Origin: Nitrospirota bacterium
GTDB taxonomy: Bacteria; Nitrospirota; UBA9217
Direction: 5' to 3'
NCBI GenBank assembly: GCA_963818475.1
Contig: CAWFSF010000006.1
Coordinates: 1,120,001 to 1,184,000 of the forward strand
DNA length: 64,000 bases
Shown: in pieces, positions 43,663 to 54,604 of the stretch
Layout of the letters: every line of letters starts with the position of its first letter
How positions within the stretch are numbered: the stretch's first letter is position 1
The notes under the pieces: generated by a model
What the model was told of the DNA's origin: nothing
The model's database searches: none
What the model saw: the letters and a program-made list of their open reading frames with translations, nothing else
Made by a program: the position numbers and the translations under genes

Positions 43663-43691
43663 ACAGTAGCATGGATTGTAGAGGTGGTCAA
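43663..43691 (-). promoter_or_regulatory. Candidate cassette promoter
   Basis: TTGACC-N17-TACTGT with extended -10 TG, pointing into the array. Confidence 0.5.
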
Positions 43692-43721
43692 TGCATTTAC
43701 GCTAGAAAGGTTGCCCTGTGC

Positions 43722-44463
43722 CTAAAGCACCCTGCTGTCCAGATTGAACACCTGCCCGGACACATTGCGCATGAGCGAAAGGTGGTAGATAAAATCAGCG
43801 GTTTCTTGCGGGTCTGAAAATCTTGCCAAAGCGTGTTCACGAAGAATGCGGTCCTGTATCGATCCGGATATCGCCTTGCCCATATCAGTCGGAAGATAGC
43901 CCGGCAGAACAACGTTCACCTTGATGTTCTGAGCGCCCAATTCTTTTGCGCACGACTTGGTCAGGCCGATAAGTCCTGCCTTGGATGCGGAGTAATTCGC
44001 CTGCCCTTCCCTGCCTTGCAGCCCGACAATGGACGCAATATTAATGATATGACCGCCTGTTCGCCCATCCATGTGCCGCGCCACGCCACGGATACAATGA
44101 AACGCTCCGCTGAGGTTCGTATCGATCACCTGGTCCCACTGTTCCTCCGACATGCGAAGCAGCAGGTTGTCCTGTGTCAGGCCTGCATTATTCACCAGCA
44201 CATCAATGGTTCCCCACTGCTTGAGCGCCTGATCCACCATGTTCTGTACGTCATGAGAGACCCGCACGTCCGCTTTGAAGCTGAGTGGCATCACCGCCGG
44301 CTGATCTGACCGCATCGACGGTCGCACGGGCTGCCTGCTCGTTCTCGCGAAAAACAACCATGACGCGGCAGCCTGCCTTGCCGAATGTTGTCGCGATGAC
44401 CTTCCCGAGTCCGCGGGATGCGCCGGTAACAATGACGACCCGATTATCAACTGACGGGTTCAT
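43722..44463 (-). CDS. fabG: FabG-like 3-oxoacyl-ACP reductase (frameshift near 44280)
   Basis: TGASRGLG, NNAG.T.D, YSASKAG. Confidence 0.85.
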
Positions 44464-45623
44464 CCTGCATACCCTTTCTGCTTCAGCGCGCCAAAGGCAG
44501 CCAAAGCAGCATCTATGTCCGCAAAGGAATGCGCGGCAGTAACGGTCGTCCTGATCCGGGACGTGCCTTCCGCTACGGTCGGCGGTCGTATGGCTGATGC
44601 GAACACTCCGGACTCAAGAAGCAGCAAAGAAGCCTGCGTTGCTTTCTCAGAGCTTCCGATCATGACCGGAATGATCGGCGTTTCCGATTCACTGGTGTCA
44701 ATACCCAGGGTTTTCAATCCCTGCACGAACCGGTCACGGTTCAGCCAGAGCTTCTTTCTGCGCTCCGGTTCCTGCTCAACAATATCGAGGGCCGCCAGTG
44801 ATGCGGCACAGATCGCGGGAGGCAGGGCAGTGCTGAAGATAAAGCTCCGTGCGCTGTTCAGGAGAAATTCGATAAGATGCTTGTCTCCGGCTACATAGGC
44901 CCCAAAAGAGCCGAAGGCCTTGCCGAGCGTGCCCATCTGGATCGCTACGCGGCCTGTAAGGCCGAAATGCTCTGCTGTTCCCTTTCCCCCTGCTCCCAGC
45001 ACGCCCGCGGCATGGGCGTCGTCAACCATGAGCATTGCGTCATAGCGCTCTGGCAAGGGACGACCAGTTCCGGCAGCGGAGCGATGTCGCCGTCCATGCT
45101 GAAAACGCCGTCAGTCACGATCAGCCTGCGGCGGGCATGAGCGGTCTTCTTTAAGATATCTTCGACATGGTTCACATCCCTATGGCGGTAGACATAGACC
45201 TGTGCTTTGCTCAAACGGCATCCATCGATGATGCTGGCATGGTTCAGGCTGTCGCTCAGGATCACGTCGTCTGTCGTCGCCACAGCGGGAATGATGCCTG
45301 TGTTCGCGGCATACCCGGAATTGAACAGGAGCGCGGCTTCCGTTCCCTTGAACTCGGCCAGCCGTTCTTCCAGCCGGCAATGGAGCGACTCCTGTGCCGG
45401 AAACAAGGCGTGAAGCGCCTGATCCAAAACCGTATTGCTCCATGGCAGCGCAGGCAGCTTTCCGCAATGCCGGGTGATTGGCAAGGCCGAGATAGTCGTT
45501 CGAGCACATGAGTATGACGCGCTGGCCATTGATCATGACATGCGCGCCATCATCGGGTCCGGCGATCACCAGCCGCCTGCGAAGACCATGCTGATCGATG
45601 TACGAAAGCTCTTGTTCAAACAT
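44460..45623 (-). CDS. bioF: 8-amino-7-oxononanoate synthase (frameshifts near 45390 and 45055)
   Basis: [45 protein letters not shown]. Confidence 0.92.
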
Positions 45624-45637
45624 GCCTGTTCATCCTT

Positions 45638-45818
45638 AAAAAAGCACTTGGACACGGATTAACACGGATAAGAGCCGGATAACGGCGGATTATTTCTTTT
45701 ATAAGAGGTTCACCCAATAGGTGAATGCTTTGCTTTAGAATTTATCCGCGGTCGCTTAGAAGCGCCTACTTCTGGTAATCAGATGTTTCCGATTCTTCCG
45801 TGTCCAAATGCCGTTTTT
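45638..45818. repeat. CACGGAT-type palindromic element, copy 1
   Basis: TTGGACACGGATTAACACGGATAAG...TTCCGTGTCCAAAT; about 80 bp nearly identical to 46726-46807. Confidence 0.8.
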
Positions 45819-46642
45819 TGGTTCCTACCCGTGCGAACGAAAAGCTCCGGTGTCATGGCCGCGGAACACACGCCGACCCGGTCGATCATCACGCTCGTTT
45901 TTTCAAGATAGTGGATCAGGCTGTCCAGGTCGCGTCGCTCATGGTTCACAAAAAAGGCCCGTCCTCCATGCCTGTCGCCCTCTTGTTTCAAGAAAGGAAA
46001 GCGGACATAGCCGAAGTCCCGTGCAGCTATGTATCCGGCCGTGTAATCGGATTCGTCGGACCAGCAGAGCTCCGCCATCATTCCGGGCCCATGGGCCACC
46101 TTGGTAGCAAGGGCCAGGGCTTCGCGCGTCCGATGGTGCACAAGACCGACAGCGGCAAGCAGGCGGGTGATCTCGTCGAGCGCCGGGTCCGTCCAGTCGA
46201 AGCGCGATGCGCGGATGCCCCGCTCCTGGTCCGGTTCAAGGCGCTCGCCGGTGACAGCATCCATGATCATGGCGCCGCGCATGTTGGCACCCGAAGGCGC
46301 GGCGCCTCTACCGATCTGCTCCATGGCAATCCGGATCGCCAGGCTAGAGACTCCGACGGTCTCAAGGATGCGTGCAGCGGTTTCCCTGCTGCTTACGGGG
46401 TCTGGAACCTGGAGGGTGTAGAGATCGAGGCTGGCATGTTTCTGGATCAAGGCCGGATCGATTGCATCAATGGATAGGGTGGTCTGGTCCGGCCGCACTC
46501 CCCGATCCATGGCGCGTGCGATCAGCTCCCCGACCGTCCGGTCGATCCGGTCTTCCGGCACGATCCGTTCGGCGCCGCAGGCGTGGTGGTTGTTCTTCGT
46601 GGCGCGCATGCGAATGCTGTAGAGTTTTCCTTGCTTTATCAT
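45779..46642 (-). CDS. bioW: 6-carboxyhexanoate-CoA ligase
   Basis: YSIRMRA, GAERIV, MRGAM, REALALATKV, AELCWSD...YTAGY. Confidence 0.9.
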   Translation of the reverse strand: MIKQGKLYSIRMRATKNNHHACGAERIVPEDRIDRTVGELIARAMDRGVRPDQTTLSIDAIDPALIQKHASLDLYTLQVPDPVSSRETAARILETVGVSSLAIRIAMEQIGRGAAPSGANMRGAMIMDAVTGERLEPDQERGIRASRFDWTDPALDEITRLLAAVGLVHHRTREALALATKVAHGPGMMAELCWSDESDYTAGYIAARDFGYVRFPFLKQEGDRHGGRAFFVNHERRDLDSLIHYLEKTSVMIDRVGVCSAAMTPELFVRTGRNQKTAFGHGRIGNI

Positions 46643-46696
46643 GGTAAGAGAGTGCCGTGTTCTCAAAATGCAACGAATGAAAGCTATGGAAAATCA

Positions 46697-47025
46697 TTTG
46701 TACACGGAAGAAGCGGATTAACCTCAAAAAAGCATTTGGACACGGATAAACACGGATAAGAGCCGGATAACAGCAGATTATTTCTTTTATAAGTCGTTCA
46801 CCCAATAACTGAACCTACAAACGCAGTTGGCCGCAGATTTAGCAGATTTACGCAGATAAAATCAGGCATTCAGGATTAAAGAAGTTTCACCCCAGGGGTG
46901 AGTCTTTTATCGTGTTATGTAAGTTTTTATCCGCGTTTATCCGATTTTTCCGTGTCCAAATACCGTTTTCAGGCTGGTAACTGTCCGCCGTTATCCGTCT
47001 TTTATCCGATTTGATCCGTGTCAAA
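46697..47025. repeat. Nested CACGGAT/CGCAGAT palindromic elements, copy 2
   Basis: Multiple ACACGGAT/CGCAGAT units on the left and ATCCGTGT/ATCCGCG units on the right. Confidence 0.78.
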
Positions 47026-47062
47026 GATATGGATCCGATCCTGATTGATTCAAGTTTGCCCA

Positions 47063-48046
47063 TCAATGACGCAGCCCGAGGTCCTGTATCATCTTGAGAT
47101 CGTCGGCCGGATCCAGGCCGATCGTGGTGAGGTAATTGCCGATCAGGAAACCGTCTGCGCCTGCCATGAAGATGAGCGGATGGAGCGAACCCAGCGCAGC
47201 ACCCCTGCCGGCGCAGATGCGGATCTGTTTTGCAGGCAGCAGCAGCCTGAACAGGGCGATGGAAATGAGCGCCTCAAGCGGCGTAATGGCGGTTACCTTC
47301 TCAAGCGGCGTGCCCATGATCGGCATGAGGAAGTTGAGCGGTACAGAGTCAACATCAGCCTCCCGGAGCGCGAGGGCCATCCTGATCCGGTCCTCCATGG
47401 ATTCTCCCATGCCGAGAATGCCGCCGCTGCAGAGGGACAGGCCCAGGGCGCGCCCCTGCTGCAGGAGCTTGATCCGTTCGTCGAAAGAATGGCTGGTGCA
47501 GATGTTCGGAAAGAACTCGCGCGAGGTCTCGATATTGTGGTGGTAGCGGTGCAGACCGGCGCTCTTCAGATAGGCAAGCTGCTGCTGCGAAAGCGTGCCG
47601 AGCGTGGCGCAGGGAGAAAGGCCGGCATCACGCACGCGCCCAATCCCCTGCGCGATGTTCTCAAGGTCCTCGTCCGTGTCGATGCCGCGACCGCTCGTGA
47701 CGATGCAGAAACGCTTGGCGCCGTTCTTTTTGGCGCTCTCGGCAGCTTTGCCCATCTGATCGACGGAGATGAGCGGATAGACCGGAGCACCCGTGGAATG
47801 GTGCGACGACTGGGCACAGAAAGAACAATTCTCGCTGCAGGCTCCGGACTTAGCGTTCACAATGGAGCAGATGTCCACGTTGTTGCCGTGAAAGCGTTCG
47901 CGCACCCGGGTGGCTGTTGCGAACAGGTCCATGAGGTCGGCCCCTGAAGCATGGGAGAGCGCTACCGCGTCTTGATGATCAACAGCGCCGGCCTGCAGTG
48001 CCAGAGCTCCGGCACGGGCCAGGGTTTCTTTGAAGGAAGATTCCAT
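47063..48046 (-). CDS. bioB: Biotin synthase
   Basis: NAKSG.CSENCSFCAQS, YHHNIETS, CSGGILGMGE, GNYLTT. Confidence 0.96.
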   Translation of the reverse strand: MESSFKETLARAGALALQAGAVDHQDAVALSHASGADLMDLFATATRVRERFHGNNVDICSIVNAKSGACSENCSFCAQSSHHSTGAPVYPLISVDQMGKAAESAKKNGAKRFCIVTSGRGIDTDEDLENIAQGIGRVRDAGLSPCATLGTLSQQQLAYLKSAGLHRYHHNIETSREFFPNICTSHSFDERIKLLQQGRALGLSLCSGGILGMGESMEDRIRMALALREADVDSVPLNFLMPIMGTPLEKVTAITPLEALISIALFRLLLPAKQIRICAGRGAALGSLHPLIFMAGADGFLIGNYLTTIGLDPADDLKMIQDLGLRH

Positions 48047-48073
48047 GGAAGGGTTTTACCTGAAGGAAAGGCT

Positions 48074-48108
48074 ATTGTCAACTAAATTGTAGGCACATGG
48101 TTGACAAT
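48074..48108. promoter_or_regulatory. Candidate BirA operator
   Basis: ATTGTCAAC-N17-GTTGACAAT perfect inverted repeat 28 nt upstream of bioB; spacer slightly longer than usual. Confidence 0.7.
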
Positions 48109-48124
48109 CGCAAACGGTACCGCA

Positions 48125-48200
48125 GATCGTCAGGCGATCAGGCTGACGGCTGAAGGTAAAGTAAATTCACCCTTCCACCTTCAGCCTTCTGCCTATTCAC
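48125..48200. repeat. 7-nt-period palindromic repeat
   Basis: AGGCTGACGGCTGAAGG ... CCTTCCACCTTCAGCCTTCTGCCT. Confidence 0.6.
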
Positions 48201-49024
48201 TTTTTATTGATCCCCTGCCTGCAGACCGGCTCTTTATTGGCTATGCGCCTGTTCAGGATGGCAAGATTGTGCTGGTATTTGGTATTGTCAAAGCTCCAGG
48301 ACGATTTATGCCAGAGATGGAAAATAATGGCCAGTCCCCGCACAGAGCGCAGCCGTTTTCCCTGGTTCAGCGCACGGATGCCGATATCATTATCTTCAAT
48401 AGAACCGTCGAGAAACTCTTCATCGCATCCGTTGATGGCGATAAAAAGTTCTTTGTAAAGACTGAAGTTGCATCCCCAGACCCCGTCATTGTAGATCCGG
48501 TCCCGATGCATGGCCTGTCTGAGCCAGGGGTTCTTGATCTGGATCGATTCCGCCACTCTGCGCGAACGCCGCCGGGCCGCGTCCCATAACAGGCGAAAGG
48601 TGAACCGGTTCATCACTTTTCCGCTTTCCTGCAGTTTCAAACTTAATTGCTCCCCGATCTCAACGCGCTTGCCGCTCAAGACCGCATCAGGAGCGCTGTA
48701 GTCGCGGTGGGCTTTGATAAAATGACGGTGGGCCATGCAGTCGCCGTCAATGAAGATCAGATAGTCGCCTGAAGCCTGGCGGACCGTTTCGTTCAGGATC
48801 CGCGGTTTTCTGAAGCCGCTATCCTCCTGCCACACGTGCCTGATCGGGAAGCGGTGTTTGAGCAATTCCTGGAGCTCGCGCACCATGTCCCTGGTCTCCG
48901 GCCCGCTGCCGTCGTCGGCAATGAGCACTTCGGACGGCAGAACGCTCTGGCCGGCAAGGCTGAGGAGGCAGAGTTTCAGCGCCTTGGGGCGGTTATAGGT
49001 CGGTACGATAACCGATATGTTCAT
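48197..49024 (-). CDS. Glycosyltransferase family 2
   Basis: IVPTYN, ADDGS, FIDGD, WGCNFS, ED.D, HLWH. Confidence 0.9.
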   Translation of the reverse strand: MNISVIVPTYNRPKALKLCLLSLAGQSVLPSEVLIADDGSGPETRDMVRELQELLKHRFPIRHVWQEDSGFRKPRILNETVRQASGDYLIFIDGDCMAHRHFIKAHRDYSAPDAVLSGKRVEIGEQLSLKLQESGKVMNRFTFRLLWDAARRRSRRVAESIQIKNPWLRQAMHRDRIYNDGVWGCNFSLYKELFIAINGCDEEFLDGSIEDNDIGIRALNQGKRLRSVRGLAIIFHLWHKSSWSFDNTKYQHNLAILNRRIANKEPVCRQGINKK

Positions 49025-49144
49025 AAAACTGCCTCCATGATTGTACTAGGCCATCAGAAATAGTGCTGAAAAAAATCACCTATGCCTATTCTGCTGCGCT
49101 CAATCCCGTATTTGCTGATCGGGAAATGATGACGAGCTGCTTGG

Positions 49145-50237
49145 TCAGCGTTGCGCCGATAGGCTGGAAGTGATCTGTCGGTGCAATCGCCTCAGGTGTT
49201 CGGTTACGTTGCGGCGATTAACCAACACCCCGAAATCATCCGGCACCACTACCTGCGAATATCCGAATATCCTGTTGAGGATCATGTCGCCAACCATCGG
49301 GCGGTAATGCGATGTTTCATAGTAATAATAATTATTTGTAGTTATAGTATTTAAACCACTGAAATCATAGTAATCGGTCATTTCAGCAAGCTGTCTTTTA
49401 AATTCAAAAAAAAGCGGCAGGTCGGTGTCGAGATATGTTGTTTGATGGATGGGATTAATGAACACTATCAGCTTGATGTTATGCTCCTTTGCCAGGCTGA
49501 CAAGCTCTCCCACGTCACGAAGAGTATTTGATAGATAATCTCCGTCATAATGATCGGGTTTTTTGAATTTCTGGTCATTATTATGTTTCTCGACGTTGCT
49601 CTCTATTGCACTGTCGCACGTAGTGCAGAGGACTCGTCCTGAGTCGTAGATGTCGTACGTTACCTGTGGGGACGCTGCCCCATCGCTCTTCCTGTAATTG
49701 AATTGCATGTAATTGTTGAGCGAAGAAGAAACCTTTTTTATATTCATAAAATATTCGCCGTAAAAATCGACCTTACGCTTGCCTGAAACCAGGTAATGCG
49801 GCTGCCGGAGAAGATCGAATAGATGGCTTTCGGGATTGACCTGGTAGGAAAAATCATCAAGTGCGATGATGACGTTCTTTATGCGGATGCCGTTCTCTAT
49901 GAGCAGTTTGATATTATCCAGATGGTTTTTAGGCAACCCTTCTGAATATCCCATGTTGTAATAATGGCCAGTTTGGATCTTTTTATTGTCGATATGCAGC
50001 ACCCTTGAAGACCCGAAAAGCAATGAATCGTATCTGTCCTTGTGGTCGATGAGATATTTTATTTTTACAAATCTTTGGTTCGGTTCCTGGAATTGCCTTG
50101 AAAAATCGTCCCGTACGATGCCATAGTCATCGACAATATAGTTTATGAGCACAAGTATGCTGACAGCCGCGAGCGTGCAGATAGTCGTGGTGAAAAACCA
50201 TTTTTTGAACGATCCCTTTTTGGGTCCCAGCCGTCAT
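49145..50237 (-). CDS. SGNH-like periplasmic protein (start probably shifted by an indel)
   Basis: N-terminal TM, GSSR, YETSHY. Confidence 0.65.
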
Positions 50238-51310
50238 ATTCGTCCTTCGAACCGCATGTTCTGGACGATCTTTTTCACTGCTTTCCAACTCCAGTGAGTG
50301 TCGTCCGCATAGTAAATATCTTTTTCTCCATCGATGATCGCTTGAGACAGAATTGCCTTGGTGTCGACGAAAATATATTTCTTGGGCAGTGGGCGTATAA
50401 GCTCGAAAAAAGTACTTTTGGGATAGGGATTGTCGACGATGTAATCCCGGTACATATTGTATTTATCCGGAGCCGGCATGAAATAGAGTGTTATTCCCTG
50501 TTTTGCGAGGAGATTTGCCAGGACGTTGAGGTTGTCATTTAATTTTATGACGGCCTGCTTATTTGCTGTCGGGATATTCCTAACATCTTCGTCTAAAAAA
50601 AGCAGCCGATGATCATTCTTAACGCTGAACAACGAGGCAGTAAGATCGCGGGCATGCACGGAAGAATTGAAAGCATGATCGGAAAAGTTATATAAGATCG
50701 TGTTCCGAACGAACTTGACGTTTCCCGTATTGATGAAGTTGATCTTCGGATAGTTCGATATACACTTCGCATCTCGATAATAGTGCTCTACAGCGTCAAG
50801 CGCCATGGTCGCCTGAAAGTCCACGTTCCGAGATCGAAGTTCGTGGTGCAGCAAAGACCGTTCGACCAATTCAAGGATCAGGAAGCGGGGCCGGACCTTT
50901 GCAAGGTAGCCGCTGTTCAGCAGTACGATCGTTGTTTCAAATTGAGTCTTACCGCGAAGAGGCTGGACGTTGAGCACATCCAGATCATGCAATGACGCTA
51001 TCCAATCCTGGTAGAACGGATCTTTTCCGCTTTTGGTGTTCGAAAAGGAATCGCCAAGTCGTTACGACATCGACATGTTGCTAGCCCGGTATAATCGGTA
51101 TTTTCAATATGTTTCCTCGGCAGGGTTATTTCGTATTTCCGGTAATGCTTGGAACCCGAGATATATCCCAATCCGGGTCAGGTCGCCATTGCAATATTTC
51201 TCGAACGTGAGTATATCCTCAGTAAAGAAGTGCCAGATCATAAAATTGAATATGATCAGCAGCGCGAGCGAGGCGATCAAAAGAAATGACCATTTTTTAT
51301 ACACGTTCAT
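50234..51310 (-). CDS. AlgJ/AlgX-like SGNH O-acetyltransferase (frameshifted)
   Basis: GDL.R, GDSF, E.VER, PDK, DDTHWS. Confidence 0.75.
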
Positions 51311-51318
51311 CTGCAGAC

Positions 51319-52775
51319 CTAGAAATTAAAATACAGAAACTCACTCACTTTATTCATGCTCATAACTGCATACACCGCCGCAACGATGGCAAACGCAACC
51401 GTTTTTCGGTTTGGCTTAAACGTCCGCATCATCTCGTCGGAATTTCTGACCAGCAGAACCACCAGCAGGGAACCGACGAGAACATGGCTCCACTGCCTGT
51501 TGATCGATTTGACAAACAGATCACCGAATTGGACCCCATGCTCCTTGAAAAATCCACCTTGGCTGCCGAGCGTGACAGTTTGATCCCGTTCATGCCGAAC
51601 ATGCCTGCGAGCACCTTGATCGCGTCGTCCCACGTTTTGGCACGGAAAAAGACCCAGGCTATATTCACGAAATTAAACGTGAGAAACCACGCAAGAAAAC
51701 GATGCATTTTAATGTTGAACCCTGACCAGATGCGGTGGATCACCGTGGCGGCTCCGTGCAGGAAACCCCAGAACACGAACGTCCATCCCGCCCCGTGCCA
51801 GATGCCGCCGATCACGAAGGTCGCCATCAGGTTTCGATAGGTTGCAAGATCACCGACACGGTTCCCTCCGAGAGGAATATAGATATAATCGCGGAGAAAC
51901 CGGCTCAAGGTCATATGCCATCGCCGCCAGAAATCGGCGATATCCGTTGCTTTATAGGGGGAGTTGAAGTTGAGCGGCAATCTGATGTTGAACATGAACG
52001 AGGCGCCAAGGGCCATATCGGTATACGCTGAAAAGTCAAAGTAGAGCTGGAGCGTATAGGAGAGACTCGTGATCCATGCTTCGATCAGGGTGAGCGTCTG
52101 CATGGAATCAAACCCGTGGTTCGCGAGCGGCGCAAGCTCATCGGCAAATACGACCTTTTTGAACAACCCGATAAAGAACAGGTACAGCCCAGGCGAGAGG
52201 TTCCGGTAATTAAGTGCCCGGTTTCTCATTGCTCCGAACTGAGGCATCATTTCCTTGTGATGAATGATCGGTCCGGCCAGCAGGTGCGGAAAGAAGGTTA
52301 CGAAGAGCGAGTAGCGTAAAAAATCATACTCTTTCGCATTTCCTTTATACATATCGACCAGAAAGGCAATCTGGGTAAAGGTGAAGAAACTGATTCCCAA
52401 GGGCAGAATAATATTCTGGACAGTCAGATCCCATCCCGCAAGCGTGTTGATGTTGGTGATAAAAAAACCGGTATATTTGTAATAGCCAAGAAGGAGGACA
52501 TCGACCACGATACCGAAGACCAGAATGGTTTTACCCGATATCCGCGCATGTCCCTGTCCGGATTTTCTGAGGGCCGAGCCGACAGCGAAGTTGAAAAGGA
52601 CGCTTCCGAGTATCAACGCCAGGTACTTTACATTCCACCAGCCGTAAAAGAAAAGCGAAGCAAGTACAAGCCATGCGGTTGCGGCCGTAGTAAGTTTTTG
52701 TTTATTCAGCAGGAAGTAGACGACGACGGTTATCGGCAGAAACAGAAAAAGATATTCGTAGGAATTAAAAAGCAC
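51319..52775 (-). CDS. MBOAT O-acyltransferase, AlgI/DltB-like (frameshift near 51560)
   Basis: MLFNS, PLGISFFTF, DFSAYTD, FWRRWHMTLS, GIWHGAGW, FLYFNF. Confidence 0.92.
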
Positions 52776-53057
52776 TCAAGCACCTTCTCGGATCTTATTT
52801 TCTTTGGAAATTAGCAGCTTAACAAAAAGTTTGCCACTATACCATGCCGTTGCCTCGATGGTCAAGAATTAACGTGCAGGATAAGAAAGAAGCTCAGTTA
52901 ATTCGACTACTTGAGCTCGTATTCGGTTGTAAAAGCGAACGGCTGAAGCGGAACTGGTGCAGACGGCAACGTCACTGGTTGGGCGTATCAGGCAGGAAGT
53001 TAAGGCACGATCACAGTAGAACATTGGATTTGCAGGGTGCTACATACGCTGCTCTCC

Positions 53058-53922
53058 TTATCTCGTACCCGGCTTGAGGAAGGTCGGTCCATGAACCATG
53101 AACCACGGATTCAGAAGGTTCTCTTTATTGTACTTCAAAGGTTCAGAGGCATCGGTCCTCTGGACAGAACCGCCCGCTTCTTCCACAATGATCTGCCCTG
53201 CCGCCGTGTCCCATTCCATGGTGGGGCCGAGCCTCGGATAGATGTCCGCCCTGCCTTCGGCAACAAGGCAGAATTTCAGCGAACTGCCTGCAGGCACGAA
53301 ATCGACCTCTCCGTGCGTTTTTTTCATCGTGTTCACGAAGTTCTCCAGTTCCGGAGTCGCATGGGAGCGGCTGCCTGCAATGACCAGCTTGCGGGGCCTG
53401 GATTGGTCAATAACCGGTGCGTTAAGCGGCAGTCTCCGGGAATGATGCAGGATCGTCCTCAATCCGTCTTCTGCAACCTTTATTGACTCATCGAGAACGT
53501 CGCCAGCCTGCATGATATATGAGCCGAACCCTTGCGCTGCGAAGTAAAAAACTCCGGTCACCGGAATATAAATGACGCCCAAAACCGGTTTCGTTCGATG
53601 GATCAGCGCTATGTTCACCGTGAATTCGCCGTTCTTTTTTATGAACTCCTTGGTGCCGTCGAGCGGGTCAACCAGCCAGAAATATTCCCAGGCTCTTCTT
53701 TCGGAATAGGGGATACTTTTGCCTTCTTCGCTCAGAACAGGCAAATACGCAGAAGGCATATCGGGAGCAGCGGAAAAGGCTATTTGTGGCGAGTTCACTG
53801 GCGATGACCTTATGGGAAGCCTGGTCAGCCTCGGTAAGAGGTGACCGATCGTCCTTCAGGGTCACGCTTACCGTGCCGTTGTAGACTCTGAGAATCTCCT
53901 CCCCTGCTCTTTTTGCGGTCAT
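53058..53922 (-). CDS. cysQ: 3'(2'),5'-bisphosphate nucleotidase (frameshifted, start uncertain)
   Basis: SPLTEAD, SEE, DPLDGTKEF, SRSH, GSSLK, EWDTAAG. Confidence 0.9.
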
Positions 53923-53964
53923 GAGAACGCGGGGAAGGAGCGCAAAAACATAGTAGTCGGCATA

Positions 53965-54567
53965 TTAAACGATCCCCCGGACATTGAGATAGGCAAGTAT
54001 TTTAGCAACTGATTCATCGATGCTCAGGATGTCTGTTTCAAGAAGGAGCTCCGGATTCTCCGGAACCTCATAGGGGCTGGAAACGCCGGTGAAGTTCGAT
54101 ATTTCTCCCCGTTTCGCTTTCTGATACAGGCCTTTCGGGTCGCGTGTTTCGCAGACGTCCACGCTGCATTTCAAATAAACCTCAATAAAATCCTCCGGAC
54201 CGACCAATTCACGCACCATCTGCCGGTCGGTCCGATAGGGCGATATGAAGGCAGTAATGGTCACGATGCCCGCATCCACGAACAACTTGGAAAGTTCACC
54301 GATCCTGCGCAGGTTCTCATGCCGGTCTTCCGGCGAGAAGCCGAGGTTTTTATTCATGCCATGCCGGATGTTGTCGCCGTCAAGAACATAGGACCTTATG
54401 CGCCGCTGGAACAATTGAGACTCCAGTTCATGGGCGATGGTGGATTTACCCGAAGCGGAAAGCCCGGTGATCCAGATAAGGACGGACTTGTGCTGGTTCA
54501 TCCTCCAGCGGTCTTCCTTGGTTATGGTCGGGTGATGCCAGGTAACATTCGTGGCATGCTGCTTCAT
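53965..54567 (-). CDS. cysC: Adenylyl-sulfate kinase
   Basis: GLSASGKST, LDGDNIR, RDPKGLY. Confidence 0.95.
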   Translation of the reverse strand: MKQHATNVTWHHPTITKEDRWRMNQHKSVLIWITGLSASGKSTIAHELESQLFQRRIRSYVLDGDNIRHGMNKNLGFSPEDRHENLRRIGELSKLFVDAGIVTITAFISPYRTDRQMVRELVGPEDFIEVYLKCSVDVCETRDPKGLYQKAKRGEISNFTGVSSPYEVPENPELLLETDILSIDESVAKILAYLNVRGIV

Positions 54568-54604
54568 GGTTAACTTGTTCCCTTCTTGCAGCAGTTACAG
54601 CGCA

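Noticed and set aside
39905-43700. Prophage or IS-borne island
   Set aside because: No integrase, transposase, terminal repeats or target duplication seen; attC structure explains the boundaries better.
45638-47025. CRISPR array
   Set aside because: Repeats are short-period and palindromic, without constant-length unique spacers; no cas genes.
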